Assembly (NCBI RefSeq): GCF_006345805.1
Contig: NC_042998.1
Location: 102,734,001 to 102,798,000, forward strand
Reading direction: 5' to 3'
From: Octopus sinensis
Taxonomy: Eukaryota
DNA length: 64,000 nt
A model generated the notes under the pieces. It ran no database searches, had not been told where the DNA came from, and saw nothing but the letters and a program-made list of their open reading frames with translations. Below are positions 27,848 to 39,576 of the stretch, in pieces. The translations under genes and the position numbers were made by a program. Numbering within the stretch: the stretch's first letter is position 1; each line of letters begins with the position of its first letter.

Positions 27848-28247
27848 TTCTCTTTTACTTGTTTCAGTCATTTGACTGCGGCCATGCTGGAGCACCGCCT
27901 TTAATCGAGTAACTCGACCCCGAGACTTATTCTTTGTAAGCCCAGTACTTATTTTATCGGTCTCTTTTTTGCCGAACCGCTAAGTGACGGGGACGTAAAC
28001 ACACCAGCATCGGTTGTCAAGCGATGCTAGGGGGACAAACACAGACACAAACACACACATATATATATATACATATATACGACAGGCTTCTTTCAGTTTC
28101 TGTCTACCAAATCCACTCACAAGGCATTGGTCGGCCCGGGGCTATAGCAGAAGACACTTGCCCAAGATGCCACGCAGTGGGACTGAACCCGGAACCATGT
28201 GGTTGGTTAGCAAGCTACTTACCACAGCCACTCCTGCGCCTGCGCCT
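27848..28247 (-). mobile_element. tRNA-derived SINE family B, full length, young
   Basis: Head ggcgcaggagtggctgtggtaagtagcttg...ggttcagtccc (A/B-box-like), internal (TA)/(TG) tract, tail ...aatgactgaaacaagtaaaagag. Confidence 0.9.
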
Positions 28248-28374
28248 AAATATATGTACATATTTATATTTCTTTACTAATACATAAACGGGTACACAGA
28301 GACACACATATCCAAATAGACACGCGCGCACACATACACATATACACACATACACAGAGTCGCGTATATTATTT

Positions 28375-28545
28375 TATTCTTTTCCGTCATTTGACAGTGA
28401 CCATGCCGGAGCACCGACTTCAAATGTTTTAGTCGAGTGAATCGACCCGAGGATTTATTACTTAAGGGTGGTACTTATTCTTTCAAACTCATTTGCCGAA
28501 CCACCGGTTGTTATCAGGCGGTGGTAAGGGTCAAACACAGACGCA
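28375..28545 (-). mobile_element. SINE family B 3' half, diverged
   Basis: gtcatttgacagtgaccatgccggagcaccg... parallels 27866-28040. Confidence 0.75.
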
Positions 28546-28710
28546 AAGTTCCGTACACAGAGATATATATAAATATATATATGTATATATATACTTCTAT
28601 ATATAAATATATATATATATATATGTAGAAGGTTGAAAAGAAACACACGAGTTGATATATATGGAAAAAGTCAAGGTAGAAAATGCTAAAATAATTTTAT
28701 AAAAACATTT

Positions 28711-28745
28711 CAGTACCGGTTTCAGTCATTGAGATTTTTCAACTG
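28711..28745 (-). ncRNA. Minimal type-I hammerhead-like motif (U3-A8 variant)
   Basis: CAG-TTGAAAA-ATC-TCAAT-GACT-GAAA-CCGG-TA-CTG: stem I CAG/CTG, palindromic stem III ACCGGT, GUA triplet. Confidence 0.55.
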
Positions 28746-29814
28746 TAAGTATGGGAAACAATTAAATTTGGGAAAATTTTTTTAAAGTTTTTTTATAAGA
28801 ATAATTCCATAGTATTCAAATACAAAGGACATTTTTCTTGTTTCTGCCTGTCTCTGTCTTTCTTGTTTATTCTTGTGGGTTCGAGGTCGTTCTGAATTAT
28901 TGGTAGGGAAGAAGAAGAAGAAGAAAGAAGAAGAAGAAGAAGAAGAAGAAGAAGAAGAAGAAGAAGAAAAAGAAGAAGAAGAATGCGGAAGTTCCATGAT
29001 AGTACTATGTTAAATGGTCAAGTGACCTAAACGTTGTCGTTATGGATTATAGTAGTGAATAGTACTGTTTTTTAATGAATTCTTGATAATCCCTTGAGTG
29101 TATCATTTTTAATATTTGTGTGTGTGTTTGTGTTATTCTATGGCCGTGGTGGATATGTAGTTTGTTGTAGACGCGTTCAAAAGGTGTCTGCGTTTTGTAA
29201 TACAGAGAGTCTCTTTACTAATTCGTTGGCTATAGGTTGTATTTTCTCTGAATTGGTTGAGGGGAAAAATTCTGAAGCTTCGATTTTTGCTATTGGCACA
29301 AATGTCGATATGTTGGCTGAATGCTATTTTTCTGTTTTGGGGAATTTTGATCTGGGATCTGTACAGAGCATTCTTTTACGTATACTGTTTATTGTTTGGT
29401 TTATGTATTGCACTTGACACCCAGAGCAGGTTAGTGCGTATATCATGTTCTCCGAAGCATATGTTAAGTTGCTTTTGACGGTGAAACGTTGTCCCTGTTT
29501 GAAAGAGAACTCTGATCCCTCAATTAAATTGACGCATACCCCACATTTGAGTCTTCCGCATTTTTTTAGTGACGGCTTCTGCGTTATCGTTAAGCGTATT
29601 CGGGTTTATGTCTGCTTCTTCTTCTTTTCCTTCTTCTTCTTCTTTTTCTTCCCTACCAAGGATTCAGAACGATCTTGAACCCACAAGAATAAACAAGAGA
29701 GACAGATACAGGCAAAAACAAGTAAAATGCCCCTTGTATTTGAATACTATGCAAATATTCTTTTAAAAAACTTTTCTTTTGTTTTTTCCCAAATTTAATT
29801 GTTTTCCATACTTA

Positions 29815-29850
29815 AAGTTGAAAAAGCCTCAATGAATGAAACCGATACTG
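29815..29850 (+). ncRNA. Hammerhead-like motif, second pseudo-LTR copy (degenerate)
   Basis: AAG-TTGAAAA-AGCC-TCAAT-GAAT-GAAA-CCGA-TA-CTG. Confidence 0.45.
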
Positions 29851-29877
29851 AAATGTTTTTTATAAAATTATTTTAGC

Positions 29878-29928
<51 letters not shown>

Positions 29929-29939
29929 CACACATACAT

Positions 29940-30065
29940 ACGAGGGGCTTCTTTCAGTTTCTGTTTATCAAGTCCACTCACAAGGCTTTGCTCGGCCTGG
30001 GCTTTATTCTTAGCCACATGGTTCCAGGTTCAGTTCCATTGCGGGGCGCCTTGGGAAAGTGCCTT
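29940..30065. mobile_element. Rearranged SINE family B fragment (two pieces in opposite orientation)
   Basis: 29940-30005 matches the family B body on the minus strand; 30012-30065 matches the B-box region on the plus strand. Confidence 0.65.
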
Positions 30066-30069
30066 TAAT

Positions 30070-30460
30070 TCAGAAGGTTATGTCAGGCTGTTGGGGACTA
30101 TCTATCTGGAAAGCGTTGGTGCTGAAAAGCTATATGTGTGACAGTATTGTTCGAATTCTTGCCATAACCTTCCGATCGAGTGGGAAGCGATCGTCAGAGA
30201 ATTTCTACGACTTCATCAGTCGCAATTTCTGGCCTCCTAATTGCCCAATTGTAATCCCATCGAATACTGTGTGTTTGGTGCTGTCAAGAAAAACGCCAAA
30301 CGTACTACCTGCAACACCAACGCTGAGTTAGTGATCAGGCAAGGAAGTGGTCGATGATTGTCTCAGAGGCACAGTGAGAATCGCATACCAGCTACTGGTA
30401 ATATTGAGAATCACATACCAGGTTCAGGTACTGGCAGCTACTTTGAATAAACTCTGATCT
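30070..30460 (+). mobile_element. maT/DD37D transposase 3' fragment
   Basis: SENFYDFISRNFWPPNCP, then after a frameshift NPIEYCVFGAVKK; resembles the 47197-48084 C-terminus. Confidence 0.6.
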
Positions 30461-30639
30461 CCCAACCATATTCTAGTTAAAATCTTTTTTTTTAATTTTA
30501 AAGATACTTTTATATTTGGAATGCTATATTGCGTTTTCTTTTGTTTTTATGGAAACTGCCAATGAAACAAGAAATGTAATGTCTGTACAGTAACTATCCT
30601 GACATTGAATCAATTCTCGTACTGCTTATACAAATAAGA

Positions 30640-31780
30640 AATAGGATAGTAGATTTATTGCCTAATCTAGTATGTAGTTTGTGGGAAAACGTCACAGCTT
30701 CTCAAGATTGGAGAGATATGTTACTGAATATATTACACAAAGTTCATGTCCAGCTGTTGCGTTCTGTATGTTGTAGCAACATTTCTTTCCTTCATGTTTC
30801 AGGCAAATTTTTGAACTCTAATATTTTTGATTGAGTGATTTACCACCAACCGTTTTCTCATGCCTTGCCAGTTTTGAGGCTGGACGCGTAGCCAAGACTC
30901 GTAAATCTTACGAAAATGCATTATACAGAAATTGGTCAGTTATCATTCTTTTGCATTACTAAAGCTTTGGATTTAGGCGGTTTTTATATATCATCAAGGT
31001 CTCTTCATGATGTGACTTGTGGGGAATATCAGATACATCTTCATCCCGTAGTGGCTGATATAACTAATGCTTTATCTGACGTGTATATTACTATACAGTT
31101 TCCAATTGCTTTCAAAGAATGTTCATATAGAATTAATATAGAACACCACACAACAGATTCTTCAATCGCAAACGTTTTATCATACACGGTTTCATATATG
31201 ATAAACACTCTTTTGAACTCTGCTTAATTAAAAACAAAGATAAAATGTATATCATGCAGTATGTTAGGTGTCACAAGTAATGCATATGTCATATGTTTTA
31301 TCAGTAATGCTCTGAAATGCAGCGTGTGGCTTCTAAACTAATGACATAAGGTAAAACTTCGAAAAATGTGCATTCTTTTTTACACCCGTTGAGCATGTTC
31401 AAACTCAGGGTATTTCTGAAAGTGAAATTGTCCATAGAATGCAGAAGTAATGGATAGCACCTGGGAAATTACACTCTTTATGATATTCCGAATGATATAA
31501 AAGTAGTGCTAATTGTGGTTTTTACCTGCTTCGCTATTATGTTGAAGTAGACGGGAATGTTTTGATAAAGATTTTCGTCAAAAACTTGTCGTTGTATTGA
31601 CAACAATACAAGGCAATATAAGTGACGTTGAGGAGTTACCAAACGCTGTAATACTAGTCACACACTTTCAATATACTAGTCTGTAGTAAACATACTATAT
31701 TGTTCGCAAGGAAAAGAAAAGCAGTCCAGTATTTCAACTCAACAGGGAAGTATATTTTGAGGGGAAAACCACCCTCACAA
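30640..31780 (+). mobile_element. Old RTE-like LINE RT remnant
   Basis: Degenerate WENVTASQDWRD, ISFLHVSGKFL, FEAGR and ITKALD motifs in the order expected for RTE RT. Confidence 0.55.
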
Positions 31781-31880
31781 CTGCATTTAAGATAGCGGGC
31801 TAGAATTTAAACGGAAAAATCGTTAGTATTTATACTGAAATTCGAGAAAGAATTATCATCAATAGAGATTGTGGAGTTTA

Positions 31881-31903
31881 TATATCTATCTATCTATCTA
31901 TCT

Positions 31904-31943
<40 letters not shown>

Positions 31944-31972
31944 ACTATCTGTCAGTCGGTCTCTCTCTCTGT

Positions 31973-32014
<42 letters not shown>

Positions 32015-32082
32015 ATATTATATATATATATATATAATATATATATATATATATGTATGTAGTATATATATATATATATATA
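31881..32082. repeat. (TATC)n and (TA)n microsatellites
   Basis: Directly visible. Confidence 0.9.
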
Positions 32083-32083
32083 A

Positions 32084-32427
32084 AGGGTAAGGGTAAAGAC
32101 CCCCTTCGGTCATGAATGACCATGGGATTGCACCTAGAAAGTTACCCTCCTAGACACAAGTCCGGGCAAGGTTGTTTATGGAAGACCAGCAGTCGCCCAT
32201 GCAAACCAGCGTCCCCTCTTCACGCCACCAGTGTTATCCAAGGGAAAGACAAAGGTCGATACAGCTTGGCACCAGTGACGTCGCAACTCATTTCTACAGC
32301 TGAGTGAAGTGGTGCAACGTGAAATAAAGTGCCTTGCTCAAGAACACAACACGCAGCCTGGTCCGGGATTCGAGCTCACAACCTCACGATCGTAAGCTCG
32401 ACGCTCTAACCACTGAGCCATGCGCCT

Positions 32428-32431
<4 letters not shown>
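32084..32431 (-). mobile_element. tRNA-derived SINE family C, full length, inserted in (TA)n
   Basis: Head gtgaaggcgcatggctcagtggttagagcgtc...gctcgaatcccgg (A/B boxes), gtgttcttgagcaaggcacttt central domain, tail tttacccttaccc. Confidence 0.9.
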
Positions 32432-32474
<43 letters not shown>

Positions 32475-32478
32475 TAAT

Positions 32479-32528
<50 letters not shown>

Positions 32529-34054
32529 GTGTGTGGTGTGTGTGTGTGTGTGTTGTGTGTGTGTGTATACAGCATTTTCATGTCATTTAGATGCCTTTTA
32601 CACGATGTAATACCACCTACCTAACTCGGTACTAATGTTCTGGCATACATCAGGTTACTAGTACTCTTACTGCACATGCTTTAGCTAGATTAGTATCTAA
32701 GTTCTCTCCAACTATATGTTGCTGGCGGTTTTCCTTTTTGTTATAACTTCGACCTTCATGAAACATAGGATCAAGAAATTATTTAAAAGTCCTAAGTCAT
32801 AATGGTACAAATCAACTCAGAAACGCGTCCTTACAAGAGCATATTTCTTTCATTAAAATATGTATGAACCTCAATACGTACCTATATTCTCTTTACCATA
32901 AACCAAATAAGATACTACAATGACTTCACGAACATTCTATTTATAAATAGCATATCTCGCAAACCAATCCTCTTATAATAAGTGTTTAATAAATGTAGGG
33001 TTCAGAAAATTCCTGGAGAGGGAAAAAGCGTAAATATGAGATATTATCTATAGCTGGATTGTCATCTAGGTAGTTAGTTTATAAAATATTTGTTTACATA
33101 TTTTTCAGCGCTTCTACTTTTGCGTTATAAATATAAACAAAAATACTGAAAATAATTGTTTCAAATTACCTTACCTCTTTAAAGAATTTAATGGTTTCTT
33201 CAATAATAAAATGTACACTTTTTTGTAGAGTATTACAGAATAAAATTAAATATAAAGAAATATCTATACTACTATAATTACTACTAAAGATAGAAATATA
33301 ATTACTACTAAAGATAGAAATATTCGGATGTTTAGTTTCTTGTTCAGTGTAGTTACGGAAACATCAGTCGTAAAATATATTTTTCTCTATTTTATAACGT
33401 ACGTTATAAAATATTTAACATAACCTGTATCAAGCTTTCCAGTTATCTCTAAGTTCTTTTGCATGAAGTTTAAGATATGCGTACCAGTCCAATATATATT
33501 CGTTTTCATGCTACTATTATGTTAATGCATATTGAAATAAACCTAATATTTGCTTCTGGGACATTGATTGTCAATTTAAGTTATTGTGATTTACGGATTC
33601 GTAGAAATGAACAGTTTCCTATTAGTGTTAGTTCGAATCGACTGAAATTCAGATTCTATTAGTATTCCCCTGATGAGGCGTCACTTACTAAATAAATATG
33701 GTAAACGAGGAATATATCTAACATCATTTCATGAATATTTCACCGTAATGAAATATACTTGGCATAGATAACTGTGTTACCAGCAATAAAAATCACACAT
33801 AATTTGAAGAACATTAATTAGATATACTAATTAAATGAATATCATTCATTCATAGGTGTTCTGAATGTGTTCTTCGCGACAACACAGTATGTTATCGAAA
33901 CTTGAAAACATTCATATAGTCAAATAAACTAACTCACAACAAATTTAGTCACACTACAAACCAGATAAAATTTAATTACGTGAATCCATATCCGCCAATC
34001 CTTATGGTTTCTGCATATGAGTGAATATATATGTATATGTGAGCGTAGTACATT

Positions 34055-34055
<1 letters not shown>

Positions 34056-34120
<65 letters not shown>

Positions 34121-34148
34121 TGCGTGTGTGTGTGTGCATGTGTGTGTA

Positions 34149-34188
<40 letters not shown>

Positions 34189-34215
34189 TATAATGTATAT
34201 ATATGTGTGTGTGTG
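34056..34215. repeat. (TG)n microsatellite
   Basis: Directly visible. Confidence 0.95.
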
Positions 34216-35325
34216 TATTCGGTCAATAATGCGGATTTTTAATACTGTTATTTACTTTCCAAAATTGAAATAAACAAACTTCATTTTTAATCTAAAAATA
34301 TTCTTCTTCATTTTCTCCAATACTCTTCCATCTATCTATTAGAATTGCAAGGTCCCCCTTCCAAAATTCACTTGACCGTGACGAAAAATACTCCTCCGAT
34401 TTTGTCCTGACTTCCCCTGTCCAAATGATTTTGAAGATGCGGACTAAATTATAATCAGATGGAGCAATGTACGGTGAATATGGTGGATGGGACATCGTTT
34501 CCCATTCAAACTGCTCCAGCCTTTGGAATATCATCATCACTGTTTGTGACCGAGCATTATCCTGATAGAAGAACACCTTTCCTCTTCCAACCAAAGATGA
34601 TCACTTTTTCTTCTAGAGCTGACATAAGCCGCTCAAACTACTCGCAATAGATCTTTGTTATCGTTTGGTTTGGGTTTTAAATGTTCAAAGTGGACTAAAA
34701 CTTTCACATCGCACCAAATAGATAACATCAAGTTACGTGGATGAAGACCTTATTTAGCGGTGTTTCTCCTTTCCCTACTCACTTTCTTCGGTGCTTGACA
34801 TTTTTTATAGAGAATTTATTTCTCGGGACCGGTTACTATTCGGCCGAAAATGGTACATTCGTGAGACGTGACAGCAAAAAAGAGCACACACACACACACT
34901 CTGTGCACGATTAGACACCGAAAGTTTTTACTGTTTTTTTCCGATGGCACGCAGCTGCCGATAAATAGTGGAACGACCAAATCCAAGATTCTTTGCTAGT
35001 TCCTCAACAGTTACGATAAGATTTTGTTCCACCAGGTTTTGTAGGACGTACTCGTCGAGTTATATATATCTTCCAGGCCGAAGCTCGTCTTCTAGGCTGT
35101 AGTGTCCGGCTCCGAAATTTGGGGAGCACCGTTGACACTACGTATCGCTTATTGTGCGATCCCGATATACTGCATTCAGATACCTCGCACTTACCGTTGA
35201 ATTGGTGCCTTTTTTTAACTCATAAAGCAACGTATGCCGAATATGCTCCTTTGCCACTTCCATTATAAATTTGAAAATATAACTGTTAAAATCGAACTGC
35301 ACTCTATAAGAATTGCACTAATATA
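34215..35325 (-). mobile_element. Mariner (DD34D) transposon, degenerate
   Basis: FYQDNAR...HPPYSPYIAPSDY (ORF 34292-34594). TIR-like tattcggtcaataatgcggattttt at 34216; the other end is eroded. Confidence 0.85.
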
Positions 35326-35329
35326 TGTT

Positions 35330-35369
35330 AGTATGTATGTATATATGTATATATGTATATATGTATATG

Positions 35370-35431
<62 letters not shown>

Positions 35432-35525
35432 TATAAGTACATATATTTATAAATATATATATATGTATATATATATATATTATATTATATATATATATAT
35501 TTGATTTGAAATATATATATATATT
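35330..35525. repeat. (TA)n-rich microsatellite
   Basis: Directly visible. Confidence 0.9.
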
Positions 35526-36130
35526 TGAAATTTGATTAATTAATTAATTTTACCCTCAATTGTTGATATTATAATTCATTTCTCTCGGTCATACTGCCTC
35601 GGTTCTCTCGGTTAAAATATAATGTTTGCTAGATAGACCACGTGGGTGGAATGGGGAGTGCAGAATTTTACGCCTGCGCATTTTGAATTTGTTGACACTG
35701 TTAGTTGGAGTGGTTCATCTGAAGCGACAAGTTTGCTGATAGGTAAAGTTCCTTCTTTTTAGTGTTTCCAAATCCAAATTAAGAAATTTTGAGCTGATGA
35801 AAGAAATGCTGATTTTATTTGGCTAATCTTGAAACGTTGACGTACTCAAACGATCTATGTACTTCTGATATTTTTTCTGTATTTACCCCCAAACCTTCGT
35901 GAGCTGTCTAGAGTAAACATTATCTGAGAGAAATTTTCTTTAAGTAGTAGAAATGCTAAGAAAATTTTTTTTGGCTGCTATTTCTACTAAGTTCAGTATG
36001 TGGCGAAGTAATTTATTTTACTAAGCCCTAATTATATAATGTAATATTTTGAATTCGCCTTAAATGGTCCTTTTACATACTGAACACTTGGTGAAATTGA
36101 TTAATTAATTAATTTTACCCTCAATTGTTG

Positions 36131-36163
<33 letters not shown>

Positions 36164-36466
36164 ATATATATATGCGTTCGTGTGTACTGATAGTAATTGT
36201 GATGTGTACCTCTTTCTCTCATTTGTCACTTGTATATGTATGTGTGTATAGTATATGTCTAATATGCTGAATCTTCAAAGCCAATTACTGAAAGAAATTA
36301 GTAAACGTATTACATGTTATATATATATATATATATATATCTTTTATTGGTTTACAAGGACTTCGACAATTTTAGAAGTGCGTGTGTGTATCTGTGTGTT
36401 TGCGTGTGTGTCTTAGTGTCCGTCTGTGCGCCTGTATGCATGTATATCTCCATGTAGACATATACA

Positions 36467-37729
36467 TATCAGGTCATAGCATAGGTTCTGTCAGAATTTT
36501 GAATAAAGAAAACAAGTGATCAAATGTTATATTTAACTGAAATTTAATAATCAGTGTACTTTCCCTGATTAACTATAATTTCCTTCCATCTATTTACAAG
36601 TTTTCAGTCCCATCAATGTAAAACTCTTTTGGTTTCAAAGCGAAGATCTCTGAAATGTCAGTTTTGACCTCTTCCTGGCTTGCAAAATTTATGTCTCCCA
36701 AATGATTCTGTAAACTACGAAACAAATGATAGTCAGAAGAAGCAAGGTCGGGAGAATAAGTTGGTGGAGGAACTTTTTCGTAACCAATCTCTTCAATCTT
36801 CTCTGATGTGATATTTGCATTGTGAGGTGACGCATTGTCCTGATAAAACATCACCCCTTTTCACTAAGGCGGGTAATTTTTTTTGTCAAAGCTTGGTTCG
36901 AATGCTCTAATTGCTGACAGTATACTTGAGCATCGATTGTTGGATTGGGTGGTAACAATTCAAAGTGAATTACTCATTTGCAATCCCACCAGATAGAGAG
37001 AAGAAACTTTATTTCCATGAAGTTCCCTTCTCGGTTGTGGTTGAGCTTTTTCTCTTTTACCAAGACACTGTTTACGACGTTTAACATTTCGTTATAAGAT
37101 CCATTTTTTGTCACCAGTCACAAGTCTAAAATGGGTGAAATAGGTTCGCGAGAATGGAAAGAAGAGCAGATGTAAACTTGGGATTTGCGGTTGCTTTCGG
37201 ACAATTCATGTGGCACCCATTTTTCAATTGTAGGAAGCTTTCCAATTTGTTGAATATGACGATGAACACTTGTATGTTATGAACTAAGCTTTCTTGCCAA
37301 CTCTTCAACTGATAATGCAGGAGTTTCTCCAAGTAATACCTCAAGGAGCCTATCTTCAAACTTACCTTGACGTCCTGTTCGATCTTCATCTTCAAGACTG
37401 AAATCTCCACTTCTGAATTTTGCAAACCGTCTTCTACAAGTTCTGTCATTCAAGTATTCTTTCCCATAAACTGAATGTATGTTTCGAGTCGCTTCAGTTG
37501 CAGAGTTTCCTTTTTTGTACTCATAAAGCATTATGTATCTTAAATGCTCTTTGGATACTTCCATGTTAGAAAAGGTTTTAATCAAAGAAAATTTAATTCT
37601 ATTATTCTATAAAATAAAAATAATTTTAAAAATAATTTTTAATTCCATTAGACATTAAAAAATACTATTAAATTTCATTCAATTTTTTAAAAAGGAAAAA
37701 TCCGACAGAATTTATGGGATGACCTGATA
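36467..37729 (-). mobile_element. Mariner (DD34D) transposon, full length, frameshifted
   Basis: TIRs tatcaggtcatagcataggttctgtcagaatttt / aaaatccgacagaatttatgggatgacctgata. HTH (LRYIMLYEYKKG...FRSGDFSLEDEDRTGR), WVP motif, QDNASPH...YSPDLASSDYHLF. Confidence 0.93.
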
Positions 37730-38049
37730 TATTCATATATGTTGACATAAAATAAATTATGCATATCAATATGTATGGATATTTAAATGTTAATCTTATA
37801 TCTTTAAATATTGAAGCTTATATTAATCTTATTTTCCAACTGTGTAATTACATATATATTTCCTTTTTATTTCTTTCAATAAATCTCTCTTATTATCTTC
37901 ACTTACTCCATATTCTAATTATATATGTATATATATTAATGTGATCTACAATGCATTTCATCCCTCCCCTTATCTTGGTTAATTTCTCTGACATACATTC
38001 TTATAATTATTGTTTCCAAACAAAGTAACTGGTTTTACATTTCAGCTTA

Positions 38050-38190
38050 ATGCCAGCAACTTCGGGGAAGTTGTTACGTCGATTGCCTTGACTGCAGTGC
38101 TGAAAGGTTGAAATGCAAAGTCGACCTCGGCAAAATCTGAACTCAGAACGTAAAGACAGACGAAACGCCGCTAAGCATCCCAGCCGAAAT
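38050..38190 (-). mobile_element. SINE family A, degenerate
   Basis: gcaaagtcgacctcggcaaaatctgaactcagaacgtaaagacagacgaaacgccgctaagcat. Confidence 0.75.
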
Positions 38191-38973
38191 GATATAGTAG
38201 TACACGTTACAGGAATTGCAAAGCCTATATCATCGTACTACAAAATCTATATCTCGCCACTTACAATTAGCCTCTATACTCACGCATCATTTAAATCTAA
38301 TACTATTACTGACCCTAGCTGTTTATACTAATTCACAACGTCAGTTAAACAGACATGCAATTCCAGAGGAGTGTCAACAACTGCTAATAAACTTTACACA
38401 CTGCTGAGACGACTAGGTGTAGCAGTAAATTGAGTTATTGCCCGTAAGCTCAGCTAACGCTCAGCAAACGGTAGAACTTTTTTTACTACAAAATCATGTA
38501 TTGCAATTTAGAACCACGACTTGTACAGTCTCATGATAATGTCAGGGATTTAACTGTGCCATTATATCATGTAGGATCATTATATAGTATGCTACAATGC
38601 TATGGGGCATTACTATAAAAGCTGAGGTATAGAAAGTTATTTACACTTAATACAATGTGGAAAGTGCTAAGACATGTAGACAGACTAGTATGAATATTAA
38701 AATGACTGCCGGTAGCTTTGCTACCGTGTTATATAATTGTAATAACACAGTGTACAATGATATCACCATGAAATGGCCATATGGTAAGCTATGATATATC
38801 TGCTATAGTTACATGGTGTAGCAATTTAATGTGAAAGTCAGAGAAGAAACATTTGCTATTTATTTACTCAGTCATTTTATACATAGACACAAGAACACAC
38901 GCATACACACATATGCGCGCACACACATACACATACTCACACACACATACGTATATATGTATGTATATATGTA

Positions 38974-39022
<49 letters not shown>

Positions 39023-39029
39023 ATGTATG

Positions 39030-39576
39030 CGAGGGTGAGTCAAAATGTAATGCGATTTTGTTTAGGACAGGTAAAGTTTCCAACACAGGAACATGTATCA
39101 TATATCATAATGAAGCTGGTCCTCTGTGGATCACATCCCTACCTCTCAACATAGTCACTGTTTCTCTCAATAGCAATGTTCCAACTCCGAATGAGAGCAT
39201 GTATCCCTGCCCCGTAAAATTCTTTTGACCGTTCTTTGAACCACTTCTTCACTAGTTTTCACTTCCTCGTCATTGGACTAACATCTCTTTGGCCCCATGA
39301 AAGTAGGTTTGAGAGGCAAACATTATCCCAGTGATGAGGAAATGAAAACTGTAGTAAAGAAGTGGCTCAAAGAACTGTCAACAGAATTTTACAGGGCATG
39401 GATGCATGCTCTCATTCGAAGGAGGAACATTTGCATTGAGAGAAATTGTGTATATGTTGAGAAGTAGGGATGTAACCCACAGAGGACCAGCTTCCTGTTG
39501 ATGTATGATACATGTTCGTTTGTTGGTAATTATACTTGTGCTAAACAAAATGGCATTACTTTTTGACTCATCCTCA
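39030..39576. mobile_element. Fold-back mariner-derived MITE with inverted arms of about 250 bp
   Basis: cgagggtgagtcaaaatgtaatgc...  and ...gcattactttttgactcatcctca. The arms encode a transposase C-terminus (LRGKHYPSDEEMKTVVKKWLKELSTEFYRAWMHALIRR). Confidence 0.88.

Larger units (their letters stand above)
28626..29880 (-). mobile_element. Penelope-like element: GIY-YIG remnant between inverted pseudo-LTRs
   Basis: Minus strand KKCGRLKCGVCVNLIEGSEFSFKQGQRFTVKSNLTYASENMIYALTCSGC (homologous to 5294-5512). About 28682-28930 is the reverse complement of about 29625-29880. Both outer ends abut (TA)n. Confidence 0.85.

Noticed and set aside
32340-32431. tRNA gene
   Set aside because: A/B boxes are present, but it is the head of a SINE continuing into body and tail; no complete acceptor stem.
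32815-32835. GAAACGCGTC hammerhead stem III-like motif
   Set aside because: No YUGANRA core or stem II upstream.
33665-33700. CTGATGAG hammerhead-like core
   Set aside because: No stem II/GAAA/UH arrangement downstream.
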